From: Akkermansia muciniphila
GTDB taxonomy: Bacteria; Verrucomicrobiota; Verrucomicrobiia; Methylacidiphilales; CAMAQI01
DNA length: 64,000 bases
NCBI GenBank assembly: GCA_945883905.1
Contig: CAMCYL010000003.1
Location: 11 to 64,010 of the forward strand
Direction of reading: 5' to 3'
Shown here: in pieces, positions 9,032-18,014 of the stretch
Position numbering within the stretch: position 1 is the stretch's first letter
Layout: the number at the start of each line of letters is the position of its first letter
Notes under the pieces: model-generated
Database searches by the model: none
Seen by the model: the letters and a program-made list of their open reading frames with translations, nothing else
Told to the model about the DNA's origin: nothing
Translations under genes and position numbers: made by a program

Positions 9032-10162
9032 ATGAGTGACTTCTATTATTTTGATAACAATGCGACCACGGCGATTGCCCCTGAGGTATTTGAGGGGATG
9101 GTGCCGTTTTTGACGGAGCATTATGGGAATCCTTCGAGTGCCTACGGTTTTGGGAAGAGGGTTCGAATTGCCGTGGAACAGGCGAGGTCTCAGGTCGCTG
9201 CCCTGATTAATGCGGATCCGAGTGAGATCTATTTTACGAGTTGTGGAACGGAGGCGGATAATACGGCGATCTGGTCGGCCTTACGGTCATCAAAGAAAAA
9301 GCATATCATTACCTCCCAAGTCGAGCATTCGGCTATTTTGCATATGGGGGAAAATCTGGAGCAACAGGGATATGGAGTGACTTGGCTTGCGGTCCGCTCG
9401 GATGGAACGCTCGATTTAGCAGCGTTGGAGGAGTCGATTCGTCCGGATACCGCGGTAGTTTCATTGATGTGGGCGAATAATGAGACGGGGGTCCTTTTCC
9501 CGATTGAAAAAATTTCGGCAATCTGCCGCGAGAAAAAAGTTCTTTTTCATACCGATGCCGTTCAGACCCCTGGAAAAGTGAAGATTGATGTGAAGAGTGT
9601 TCCTGTTGATTTTTTAGCTCTTTCAGGACACAAGTTGCATGGTCCGAAGGGGGTTGGTGTTCTGTATGTGCGAAAAGGGGTTCCGTTGATACCCTTTCAG
9701 ATTGGCGGAGGGCAGGAGCGCGGTAAGCGTGCGGGGACCGAAAACGTTGCATCGATCATTGGATTAGGCAAAGCGGCGGAAGTGGCGCAGGAGGGGTTGA
9801 TTGAGGAGCAGACTCGAGTCCGAGCGATGCGAGATCGATTTGAAAATCGAATCCTTGAACTCATTTCCGGAGTACGAGTGAATGGAAATCGGGAGGAGCG
9901 ACTGCCGAATACCTCGAATCTCTGTTTTACGGGCGTCGATGCGCAAGATTTACTGGCGGCTTTAGATGCTCAGGGGATTTGTTGTTCTGCCGGTTCTGCT
10001 TGTACCACGGGATCGGTCGAGCCCTCGCATGTGTTGAGTGCGATGGGGGTTTCGGAGCGTGACGCTAAAAGTTCCTTGAGATTTTCCTTTAGTCATTTTA
10101 ATCAGGAATCGGAGATTGATCGGGCATTGGAGATTATTCCAAAAGTGGTCGGGAGTCTTTGA
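9032..10162 (+). CDS. nifS: Cysteine desulfurase, NifS-type (class V aminotransferase)
   Basis: 376 aa with PLP-lysine motif SGHKLHGPKG, active-site Cys loop CSAGSACTTGS, and N-terminal FDNNATT. Confidence 0.9.
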   Translation: MSDFYYFDNNATTAIAPEVFEGMVPFLTEHYGNPSSAYGFGKRVRIAVEQARSQVAALINADPSEIYFTSCGTEADNTAIWSALRSSKKKHIITSQVEHSAILHMGENLEQQGYGVTWLAVRSDGTLDLAALEESIRPDTAVVSLMWANNETGVLFPIEKISAICREKKVLFHTDAVQTPGKVKIDVKSVPVDFLALSGHKLHGPKGVGVLYVRKGVPLIPFQIGGGQERGKRAGTENVASIIGLGKAAEVAQEGLIEEQTRVRAMRDRFENRILELISGVRVNGNREERLPNTSNLCFTGVDAQDLLAALDAQGICCSAGSACTTGSVEPSHVLSAMGVSERDAKSSLRFSFSHFNQESEIDRALEIIPKVVGSL

Positions 10163-10234
10163 CGTCATCTCGATCAAGCGTGGATTTTGCCCATGTTTTA
10201 GGCAAAGTCTTTAGATTGAATTTTGTCGGATCGA

Positions 10235-10522
10235 CCGTCAAAAATAAGTTTTGATTTGATCGGTGAATTAGAGGAGGGGGATTGAAATCCTAAAGCAGTT
10301 CTCACGCCACGCCGCGACGCCGCAACGTCAGAGAGGGAGAGGATCGTGAGCTCTTTCCTATCGGCGCCTCCTTTGTCGACTACCGCCTCCCGAGAATCTC
10401 TCCCGTTTCTTTGAAAAAAGGATTTTCAAAAAACGATCGAGTTTCTCTGGAGGGGTTCGGTTTCACCTCTCCTCGGAAAGAGCTCACGATCCTCTCAGGG
10501 AGAAATTCTCAGATTTTTTATA
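10235..10522 (+). repeat. Family-1 element, copy B (left approximately 60 percent only; abuts the stop codon of the NtrC-type gene)
   Basis: It aligns with copy A from ccgtcaaaaat...gaattagaggagggggattgaaat through the 22-bp inverted-repeat pair (ggatcgtgagctctttcc / ggaaagagctcacgatcc) to aaattctcagatttttt. The right-hand part of copy A is missing. Confidence 0.85.
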
Positions 10523-11930
10523 GAATTTTTTTCAATGTGGCTTTATTGATTCCAAGGATTTTTGCGGCTTTGGATTCATCGTTGTCAGAGGCGTGAAGGG
10601 CGCGGATGGCGAGGGCTTTTTGGACGGTTTCGATCAGGGGGGAGTCGGCGTTTTGACGGAGGGATTCGAAGAGTTGATCGAAGAGCTGTTCTTGATTGGG
10701 GGTCGAGAAACTTTGAGGGGAGGAGGAGGCGGTGGAAGAGGCGGTTGTGACTCGGCCTTTTGTAAATTCTTTGGGGAGATGATGGGGGAGAATCGTGGAG
10801 CCGGAGGTCATGACCATGCAGCGTTGGAGGCCGTTTTCGAGTTCGCGGACATTTCCCGGCCAGGAATTCGATTGGAGGATCTCTAAGGCTTCCGCCGAGA
10901 TTTTGGAGGGGGAGTTGGGTGTTTTGAGGCGAATCTTATTCATGAAGTATTCGACGAGAAGAGGGATATCGCCCGTCCTTTCTCGGAGAGGGGGCAGATC
11001 GAGATGAACGACGTTGAGGCGGTAGTAGAGATCCTCTCTGAAACTTTTTTTCTCGACCATTGTGAGTAGATCTTTATTCGTCGCCGCGATAATCCGGACA
11101 TCGGTTTTCATCGATTCGTTATTTCCAAGGCGTGTGAATTCCCCTTCTTGGAGAACCCGTAGAAATTTAGCCTGAGTGGCAAGGGGCATTTCCCCGATTT
11201 CATCGAGGAAGAGAGTCCCGCCGTCGCATTGTTCGAATTTGCCGATGCGTTGATTCATCGCTCCGGTAAAGGCCCCTTTTTCGTGTCCGAAGAGTTCGCT
11301 TTCGAGAAGGTTATCGGGAATTGCGGCGCAATTGAGAGCGACGTAAATGTTTTTGAATCGAGGACTATTTTGATGAATGGCACGAGCGACAAGTTCTTTG
11401 CCGGTTCCACTTTCTCCGGTGATTAAAACGGTGGCGGGAGTGGAGGCGACTTGACCGATGATTTTATAGACCTCCTGCATGGGAGGCGCATTTCCGATAA
11501 TGGTTTGACGAAGCTCTTCGGCAGAAAGTTTTGTGGGAAAAGTGGTGACCTCTGTTTTTTGAGTGAGGGCGGCTTGAAGGGCTCGGGCGATGAGCGCTTT
11601 GAGTAAGGGGATATCAAACGGTTTTAAGATATAGTCGTAGGCTCCGAGCTTCATGGCTTCGATTGCGGTTTGTGAGGTCCCGTAAGCGGTCATGACGATG
11701 ACGATTTGCTTTGGGTTATGGAGTCGGAGTTCACGGAGTCCATCGAGTCCGTTGCGATTTCCCATCCGGATATCGGTGACAATCAGGTCTGGGTTTTCGG
11801 CTTTTGCGAGTTTAAGTCCGGATTCAGGGGAATCGGCGGTGAGGATTTCGATCGGCTCTTTTTCCAGGAGTCGTTTGAAGGAGTAGTGGACATCGGCTTC
11901 GTCATCGATGAGGAGCAGTTTTTGTTTCAC
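10518..11930 (-). CDS. Sigma-54-dependent response regulator (NtrC family: REC + AAA+ + Fis-type HTH)
   Basis: 470 aa. REC domain (LLIDDEADV...DLIVTDIRMGN), Walker A GESGTGKELVARAIH, GAFTGA motif ESELFGHEKGAFTGA, and C-terminal HTH SKAAKILGINKATLKKIL. No histidine kinase is adjacent. Confidence 0.95.
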   Translation of the reverse strand: MKQKLLLIDDEADVHYSFKRLLEKEPIEILTADSPESGLKLAKAENPDLIVTDIRMGNRNGLDGLRELRLHNPKQIVIVMTAYGTSQTAIEAMKLGAYDYILKPFDIPLLKALIARALQAALTQKTEVTTFPTKLSAEELRQTIIGNAPPMQEVYKIIGQVASTPATVLITGESGTGKELVARAIHQNSPRFKNIYVALNCAAIPDNLLESELFGHEKGAFTGAMNQRIGKFEQCDGGTLFLDEIGEMPLATQAKFLRVLQEGEFTRLGNNESMKTDVRIIAATNKDLLTMVEKKSFREDLYYRLNVVHLDLPPLRERTGDIPLLVEYFMNKIRLKTPNSPSKISAEALEILQSNSWPGNVRELENGLQRCMVMTSGSTILPHHLPKEFTKGRVTTASSTASSSPQSFSTPNQEQLFDQLFESLRQNADSPLIETVQKALAIRALHASDNDESKAAKILGINKATLKKIL

Positions 11931-11955
11931 AAAAACGGATATTAGGAGTCACTTC

Positions 11956-12015
11956 TGTCCAAAACAAGTTTTGATTTGCGATGGGAGCGCGTGAGACAAT
12001 GTCTTTAATATTTTT
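11956..12015 (+). repeat. Family-1 element, mini copy D (left end fused directly to right end)
   Basis: gtccaaaacaagttttgatttg (left-end homology) is followed after about 10 bp by gcgtgagacaatgtctttaata (right-end homology to 8299-8320). Confidence 0.7.
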
Positions 12016-12067
12016 CATTCAAACTGACCCCAACTGGACTGTGACCCCGGTGACTCCAGTGCACCGA

Positions 12068-12093
12068 GTCAGGCTGATGCCTGACGGCTTTTT
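12068..12093 (+). terminator. Intrinsic-terminator-like hairpin with no upstream plus-strand ORF
   Basis: gtcaggc (12068-12074), loop tgat, gcctgac (12079-12085), then ggcttttt (12086-12093). Confidence 0.4.
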
Positions 12094-12197
12094 GACTTTA
12101 AAAAATAAAAAATCCGCATGATGGGCTGAAGGGCTAAACGATTACTGCAGAGAAAAAGAAACTCGACTTAAAAAAATCTCTCTAGCACACTGTATAT

Positions 12198-12428
12198 ATG
12201 GTTAATATCCTCAAAGACATTACGGTCAAAGCCGTTCAATTACCACGACACCAACGTCTAGTGTTGGCAGGTTTTTTACTTGATATGGACGGGCCTGACC
12301 CCAAAGAGCTTGACCAAGCATGGGATGTCGAGATCAAAGAAAGAGTTAAGGCCTTTGATGCAGGCTTAATTCAATCAGATTCTATCGAAGTGATTCAAAA
12401 AAAGATGAAAATGCGCTTTGCGCAATGA
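12198..12428 (+). CDS. Putative addiction-module antitoxin component
   Basis: 76 aa. The pattern LPRHQRLVLAGFLLD...ELDQAWDVEIKERVKAFDAGLIQ matches the small 'addiction module component' antitoxin family. Its stop overlaps the toxin start (ATGA). Confidence 0.75.
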   Translation: MVNILKDITVKAVQLPRHQRLVLAGFLLDMDGPDPKELDQAWDVEIKERVKAFDAGLIQSDSIEVIQKKMKMRFAQ

Positions 12429-12721
12429 AGATAAAAATTATCCGACCTGCCAGTAATGAATTGATCAGGGCAGTTGAATACTACGAAAGTGAGCAAGCCG
12501 GTTTAGGGCTTCGATTTTGGAATGAAGTCGACGAATATATTCGGTGGATAAAGTCTAATGCCACTGTTCCTCGGCTTCGCTCAAATTTATATCGACGTGT
12601 GAATTTGAAAATATTTCCATATCATCTTGTGTATTCAATAAGAGAAAAGAATATCATCATTTGGGCTGTAGCTAACAGCCACAAGAAGCCCGAACATTGG
12701 AAATCAAGAATTAGGAAATAA
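12425..12721 (+). CDS. Type II toxin, RelE/ParE superfamily
   Basis: 98 aa. A.ELIRAVEYYESE...FPYHLVYSIREKNIIIWAVANSHKKPEHW is typical ParE/RelE-like. There is a 4-nt overlap with the upstream antitoxin. Confidence 0.8.
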   Translation: MKIKIIRPASNELIRAVEYYESEQAGLGLRFWNEVDEYIRWIKSNATVPRLRSNLYRRVNLKIFPYHLVYSIREKNIIIWAVANSHKKPEHWKSRIRK

Positions 12722-12942
12722 TTTGATCCTGGTTCAATTGCCTAGATTGCTCAGCCACCGTATAAAATACCCGCAGTCCTTCTTCTCTAAATATCTCTCA
12801 AACAATCGGAATAAACACCGAGTTTCCCAAATGCTGTAAATTTAGCTTATTTTTACATAAAAACAAGTAATATTATACAGTTATTATACAAGGGTATATC
12901 TTTATAATCAACGACTTACAACATTTTTTTTCATTTCTGGGC

Positions 12943-12988
12943 TTGACGATTGGGGAGGAAAGTGGTTAAAAGTGGGGGAAGCTGGAGA
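12943..12988 (+). promoter_or_regulatory. Candidate dcw (Pmra) promoter overlapped by four 10-bp-phased direct repeats (putative MraZ boxes)
   Basis: TTGACG at 12943-12948, 17-nt spacer, TTAAAA at 12966-12971. Phased units are attggggagg (12949), aaagtggtta (12959), aaagtggggg (12969) and aagctggaga (12979), with core A(G/T)TGG. Confidence 0.45.
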
Positions 12989-13010
12989 ACAATCCACAAA
13001 AAAAGAGAAT

Positions 13011-13436
13011 ATGGCCACCGGATACCAAGGTAATTTTGAGCGCTCCTTTGATCAAAAGGGACGGATGACCGTGCCCTCGGATTGGCGGACAACGGCTCAT
13101 GAAAAAAGATTGAGTGTGATTCCTTTTAAGGGTCATCTCCGGGTTTATCCGCAGATATGGGTCGATGCTCAACAGGAAAAGTTGAGTGGTTTGAAGATGA
13201 ATGATCCGAAGGTGAAGGCTTGGGGAGATCTTCAAAGTATCAGTCAAGCGGCGGAGGCCGATGATCAAGGGCGACTGATGGTTCGCAATGAGTTGCGAGA
13301 GGTTGCGGTTTTGTCGGGGAATTTATTGCTTTTGGGAAAAGGAAGTCATTTTGAGATCTGGACTCTGGAGGAGGGGCGTAAGCAGCTCCCTGCGAAGACG
13401 ACATTTGAGGATGTTGCGGGAGTCCTGGATCTTTAG
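13011..13436 (+). CDS. mraZ: Transcriptional regulator MraZ
   Basis: The N-terminus MATGYQGNFERSFDQKGRMTVPSDWR matches the first MraZ half-domain. A second half-domain is DDQGRLMVRNELRE. First gene of the dcw cluster. I prefer ATG 13011 over the ORF-track GTG 12972. Confidence 0.9.
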   Translation: MATGYQGNFERSFDQKGRMTVPSDWRTTAHEKRLSVIPFKGHLRVYPQIWVDAQQEKLSGLKMNDPKVKAWGDLQSISQAAEADDQGRLMVRNELREVAVLSGNLLLLGKGSHFEIWTLEEGRKQLPAKTTFEDVAGVLDL

Positions 13437-13520
13437 AGAACAATATGCGAGCGAGAAACTGGATCCAAATTCGACTGAAAATGAATCAGCGAGTTTGTCC
13501 TCTCCAAGGTTTCAAGGCGC

Positions 13521-14507
13521 GTGTGTGGAGTCAGTGTCGTGAATCCAAAACCCGTACATCATCCGGTCTTATTGGAGGCGTTTTTGGACGCCGTTCAGCC
13601 GAAGCCCGATGAGCGATGGATTGATGGGACCTTTGGTCGCGGCGGACATACGAATGCCTTATTGGAACGGGGAGTGAAAGTACTGGCGTTTGATCAAGAT
13701 GCGGAGGCCGAGGCCGCCGCGGTTTTGGTCAAGGAACGTTGGGGGGAGTCGTTTCACTTTTTCCGTGAGAATTTTCGGGAGATGAAGCGGGTGAGTGAGT
13801 CGGTGGGATGGGAGAAGGTGGAGGGGATTCTTTTGGATCTCGGAGTTTCATCTCCACAGTTCGATCAGGCGCATCGTGGATTTAGTTTTCGGATGGAGGG
13901 ACCTTTGGATATGCGGATGGATGAGCGTCAGTATTTAACGGCGGCGCGAATTATTTCCGGAGAGTCAGAGGAGGGGTTGAGTCGGATTTTTTGGGAGCTT
14001 GGTGAGGATCGGGATTCTCGAAAGATTGCTCGGGCCATTGTTCAGGCGCGGGAAGTGAATCCGATTGAGACGACGACGCAGTTAGCAGCGCTCGTGACGG
14101 CAACGGTGCCGTGGCGGAAGGCGAAGGGGATTCATCCGGCGACGCAAGTTTTTCAAGCCTTGCGGTTGAAGGTGAATGAGGAGATTTCGGTATTGGAGGA
14201 GGTTTTGCCTGAGGGAACCGCTCTTTTATCGGAGGAGGGACGGTTTGCGGTGATTAGTTTTCACTCGGGAGAGGATCGGAGAGTGAAGCGGTTTTTTCAA
14301 CAGCACGCAGCGGCGGAGTTGGAGAATCCGAAAAATGGTTGGTTGGAACCGAATCCGGAGCGTTGGTATGGACGGGTCAAACGATTTTTGCCTGAGGAAG
14401 TGGAATTAGAGCGTAATCCGAGATCGCGCAGTGCGCGACTGAGGGTGGCATGGAAAAGTTTAAAGGAAGAAAAAAAGAGGAAATATTATGAGCCGAAATC
14501 GAGTTAA
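13521..14507 (+). CDS. rsmH: 16S rRNA (cytosine1402-N4)-methyltransferase
   Basis: HHPVLLEAFLDAV, DGTFGRGGHT and LLDLGVSSPQFD motifs. The start is ambiguous: GTG 13521 or GTG 13539. Confidence 0.95.
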   Translation: MCGVSVVNPKPVHHPVLLEAFLDAVQPKPDERWIDGTFGRGGHTNALLERGVKVLAFDQDAEAEAAAVLVKERWGESFHFFRENFREMKRVSESVGWEKVEGILLDLGVSSPQFDQAHRGFSFRMEGPLDMRMDERQYLTAARIISGESEEGLSRIFWELGEDRDSRKIARAIVQAREVNPIETTTQLAALVTATVPWRKAKGIHPATQVFQALRLKVNEEISVLEEVLPEGTALLSEEGRFAVISFHSGEDRRVKRFFQQHAAAELENPKNGWLEPNPERWYGRVKRFLPEEVELERNPRSRSARLRVAWKSLKEEKKRKYYEPKSS

Positions 14508-14841
14508 AAGCAGTCAGTCCCTTAATCTGGCGACGGTTCTTTTTTGGGTCGTACTCGTGGGGATGATCGCCTCGTTGGGGGTGAGTTATCTCGTTTTAAA
14601 GAATCGAATTATTCGGATTGCGGAGGAGTCTCGAAAACAGGAGGTTGAGCTTTTGCGTTGGAAAGATCGGAATGCACAGCTTCAAGCGGCGATCCAGACC
14701 TTGCGTTCCCCCAAGGAATTGGAGAAGAAAATTTCTGGAATGGGACTTGTTCGGGTCTCTGAGTTGCAATGGATTCGGATGGATAATGTTCCGGAGACAA
14801 AGTTAGTCCGTGGAATGAATTTTGACGGAAGGGAACCCTAA
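14488..14841 (+). CDS. ftsL: Cell division protein FtsL-like (bitopic, coiled coil)
   Basis: 117 aa with a single TM helix (ATVLFWVVLVGMIASLGVSYLVL) followed by a heptad-like region. It sits in the conserved position between rsmH and ftsI. Confidence 0.65.
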   Translation: MSRNRVKSSQSLNLATVLFWVVLVGMIASLGVSYLVLKNRIIRIAEESRKQEVELLRWKDRNAQLQAAIQTLRSPKELEKKISGMGLVRVSELQWIRMDNVPETKLVRGMNFDGREP

Positions 14842-14844
14842 TCA

Positions 14845-16548
14845 ATGTCTTTGCGCGACCGAGCTTTGGTTTTGACCTGTTGTTTAGCGTTCGGCTTTAC
14901 GATCGTCTCGCTCCGGCTTGTGCAAATTCAGATTATGGATGGAGATCGCTTTCATCAAGAGGCGATTCGAAATCACTTTGAGCGGGTGGAGGTGACTCCG
15001 ACTCGAGGGATGATTTTAGATTCTCATGGGACGATTTTAGCGAAGACCCATGTCGTTTATGATCTTCGTCTCGATGGGAAGGAGCTAAAGAATCCGGAAC
15101 AGACTTTGCCGTTAATTGCAAAAATTTTAGAGATTCCGATAGCTCAGTTGAAGAGCGTTTATTCGCCGACCAAGCGTTTTGAGTTATTGAAAACAGGACT
15201 GACGGAGGAGACGGTTTCGGCGTTGAAGGCGTTGAAGTTGAAGTCACTGATTTTTCAACGGAAAGCGGTTCGTGCTTATCCGAATGGAGAGCATGCGAGT
15301 CATGCGATCGGTTTTGTGGATGGACAATGTTCGGGGGTGATGGGAATTGAGCGTTTGATGAATAAGGAGCTCAAAGGAGTTTCGGGAGAGCGCTGGATTG
15401 AGCGGGATGTACGCAAAAGAGAGATTGCCGCTTATCGTCGCAAGGATGTTCGTCCAGTGGATGGAATGAACGTTCAACTCACCTTGGATTTAGGGATTCA
15501 ACATGTGGTGGAGGAGTCGATCTCTCGTGTGATGGAGAAGACCAAGGCGAATGCCGTTTACTCGATCGTCATGCGACCCAAGACAGGGGAGATTTTAGCG
15601 ATGGCGAGTCGACCGAACTTTGATCCGAATCAAGGGGGAGCGAAGGAGTTGAGTCAGTTACGAAATCGTTGTTTAACGGATGTGGTGGAGCCTGGATCGA
15701 CCTTTAAGATCGTGACCTTGGCGGGGATTTTGCAAGAGGGGTTGATGAATTTGAATACTCAGATTTTTTGTGAGAATGGAAGTTTTTATTTTGGGGGGAG
15801 ATTACTGCATGATGATGAAGCGAATGGGGTTTTGACTGTGGAGGAGGTGCTTGCGCGTTCGAGTAATATTGGGTTTTGTAAGATGGGATTGGCTTTAGGG
15901 GATGAGCGACTTTATACCTATGCAAAACAGTTTGGGTTTGGGAGTTCGACGGGATTGATGCCGGGGCAAGGAGAGAGTGCTGGAATCTTAAATCCGTTGC
16001 ATCGTTGGACGAAGGTTTCGATTTCACGAATACCGATGGGACATGAGATTGGGGTGACGCCGATTCAGATGGTGAGTTCGTATGCGGCGATTGCGAATGG
16101 GGGTCGACTCATGGAGCCGAGATTGATTCGTTCGATTTCCGATAATCAAGGGAGAGTCTTGAAGGCCTTTCCTCCGCATGTGATTCGTCAAGTCGTGCAG
16201 GAGAAAACAGCGGATTTAGTTTCCGAGGCATTAACACGCGTTCTGTCCTCTGAGGGAACAGGAAAGCGGGCGAATGTTCCTGGATTTAATGTGGCGGGAA
16301 AAACGGGGACGGCACAGAAGGTGATCAATGGGACTTACTCGAAGGAGAAATATCTGGCCTCATTTATTGGGTTCATGCCTCAGGAGAATCCGGAGTTTGT
16401 TATTTTAGTGATGGTCGATGAGCCGAAGGGACGGGAGTATCATGGAGGGCAAGTGGCGGCTCCTGCCTTTGCGGAGATGGCGACTCAAATTGCGCAGTCG
16501 TTGAATTTAGTCCCTCGGAGTGCTCCGGCAACCAAGGCGGCTTTATGA
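14845..16548 (+). CDS. ftsI: Peptidoglycan D,D-transpeptidase FtsI (PBP3)
   Basis: 567 aa with an N-terminal TM helix and the motifs STFK (PGSTFKIVT), SSN (ARSSNIG) and KTG (AGKTGTAQ). Confidence 0.95.
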   Translation: MSLRDRALVLTCCLAFGFTIVSLRLVQIQIMDGDRFHQEAIRNHFERVEVTPTRGMILDSHGTILAKTHVVYDLRLDGKELKNPEQTLPLIAKILEIPIAQLKSVYSPTKRFELLKTGLTEETVSALKALKLKSLIFQRKAVRAYPNGEHASHAIGFVDGQCSGVMGIERLMNKELKGVSGERWIERDVRKREIAAYRRKDVRPVDGMNVQLTLDLGIQHVVEESISRVMEKTKANAVYSIVMRPKTGEILAMASRPNFDPNQGGAKELSQLRNRCLTDVVEPGSTFKIVTLAGILQEGLMNLNTQIFCENGSFYFGGRLLHDDEANGVLTVEEVLARSSNIGFCKMGLALGDERLYTYAKQFGFGSSTGLMPGQGESAGILNPLHRWTKVSISRIPMGHEIGVTPIQMVSSYAAIANGGRLMEPRLIRSISDNQGRVLKAFPPHVIRQVVQEKTADLVSEALTRVLSSEGTGKRANVPGFNVAGKTGTAQKVINGTYSKEKYLASFIGFMPQENPEFVILVMVDEPKGREYHGGQVAAPAFAEMATQIAQSLNLVPRSAPATKAAL

Positions 16549-18014
16549 GGTTGGATCAATTACAGGCATTGTTGCCTCAAGCCATTTTTAAGGGAGAACT
16601 TCAAGGGGAGATTCAGGGGTTAAGCTATGACTCTCGTCGGATTCGATTGGGGGATCTCTTTTTTGCATGGAAAGGGGAAAAATCGGATGGGCATCAATAT
16701 TTACTTCAAGCTTTTGAGAAGGGGGCTGTCGGAGTGGTTGTCGAAAAAATATCGTCGGCGTTGCCTCCTCGATTTTTGCAGATTGAGGTGAAGCGTGTTC
16801 GTGAGACACTGGCTCGTGTGGCTGCGGCTTTTCATGGGGAGCCGAGTCAGAAGATCGCTTTAGTGGGAGTCACGGGAACCAACGGAAAAACGACGGTTGC
16901 TTTTTTAACCAAACATCTTCTTCAAGCGAGTGGATGGAATTCAGGATTGATCGGGACAATTCGTTACGAAATTGGCGATCGTGTGATCCCTTCGACGCGA
17001 ACGACTCCGGAGGGCTCTGATTTACAAGATCTTTTTTCGCAAATGGTGAGAGATGGGGCCCGAGCCGCGGTCATGGAGGTTTCCTCCCATGCTTTAGATC
17101 AGGGGCGAGTGGCGGGAACGAAGTTTCAGGTCGGAATTTTTACAAATCTGACGCAAGATCATTTAGATTATCACGGATCGATCGAGAACTATTTTCATTC
17201 TAAGTTAGGACTTTTTTCGGGATTAGAATCCGGAGCTTGTGCGGTTATAAATCTCGATGATCCCCGAGCGAAGACAGTTCTTCAGTCCCTTCCCTCCCAT
17301 GTCACTCCTTTTACCGTGAGTGTTGAGGCGCATTCGGAGGCGATGTTGTTTGCTCGTAAGGTGGTTTGTCATACAGGGGGAACAGAGTTTGAGTTGATCT
17401 ATCAAGGGGCGACCTTTGCGATTTCGACCCCACTTTTGGGGATGTTTAATGTGGCAAATACCCTTTGTGCGATGGCGGCGGCTTTGGCATTAGGGATTTC
17501 GACGGAGAAGATGATCGATCATTTATTGACGATCCCTCAAGTTCCGGGACGACTTGAAAAAGTGATTCGTCGAGATGGACTTACGGCGGTCGTCGATTAT
17601 GCCCATACGGAGGATGCGTTGCGAAAAACATTAATGACCCTTCGGGATTTAAATCCGAGAAAGTTAGTGGTGGTCATCGGCTGTGGGGGCAATCGAGATG
17701 TGACGAAGCGTCCGAAGATGGCGCGGACGGCAGTGGAGTTGGCCGATCTTGCGATCTTTACCTCCGATAATCCACGTAATGAATCGATCACGGCGATTTT
17801 AGATCAAATGGAGTCCGGAGTTTTGGGATCGAAGAACTATCTTAAAATTGAAGATCGAAAAGCGGCGATTGTAAAGGCGTTGAGCGAGGCTGAATCGAGT
17901 GATCTCATTTGTGTTGCGGGGAAGGGACATGAAGTGACTCAGGAAGTCGGGGGGCGATATCTTTCTTTTGATGATTGCGAAGTCGTTCGTGAGTGCATGG
18001 GGGATCTTGTATGA
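16545..18014 (+). CDS. murE: UDP-N-acetylmuramoyl-L-alanyl-D-glutamate--2,6-diaminopimelate ligase
   Basis: 489 aa with P-loop GVTGTNGKTT and a DNPR motif (TSDNPRNE) indicating meso-DAP specificity. Confidence 0.95.
   Translation: MRLDQLQALLPQAIFKGELQGEIQGLSYDSRRIRLGDLFFAWKGEKSDGHQYLLQAFEKGAVGVVVEKISSALPPRFLQIEVKRVRETLARVAAAFHGEPSQKIALVGVTGTNGKTTVAFLTKHLLQASGWNSGLIGTIRYEIGDRVIPSTRTTPEGSDLQDLFSQMVRDGARAAVMEVSSHALDQGRVAGTKFQVGIFTNLTQDHLDYHGSIENYFHSKLGLFSGLESGACAVINLDDPRAKTVLQSLPSHVTPFTVSVEAHSEAMLFARKVVCHTGGTEFELIYQGATFAISTPLLGMFNVANTLCAMAAALALGISTEKMIDHLLTIPQVPGRLEKVIRRDGLTAVVDYAHTEDALRKTLMTLRDLNPRKLVVVIGCGGNRDVTKRPKMARTAVELADLAIFTSDNPRNESITAILDQMESGVLGSKNYLKIEDRKAAIVKALSEAESSDLICVAGKGHEVTQEVGGRYLSFDDCEVVRECMGDLV

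Noticed and set aside
7858-12015. Possible CRISPR array, given repeated sequences within a few kb.
   Set aside because: The repeats are hundreds of bp long, internally palindromic, kilobases apart and separated by genes. They are not short direct repeats with uniform spacers, and there are no cas genes.
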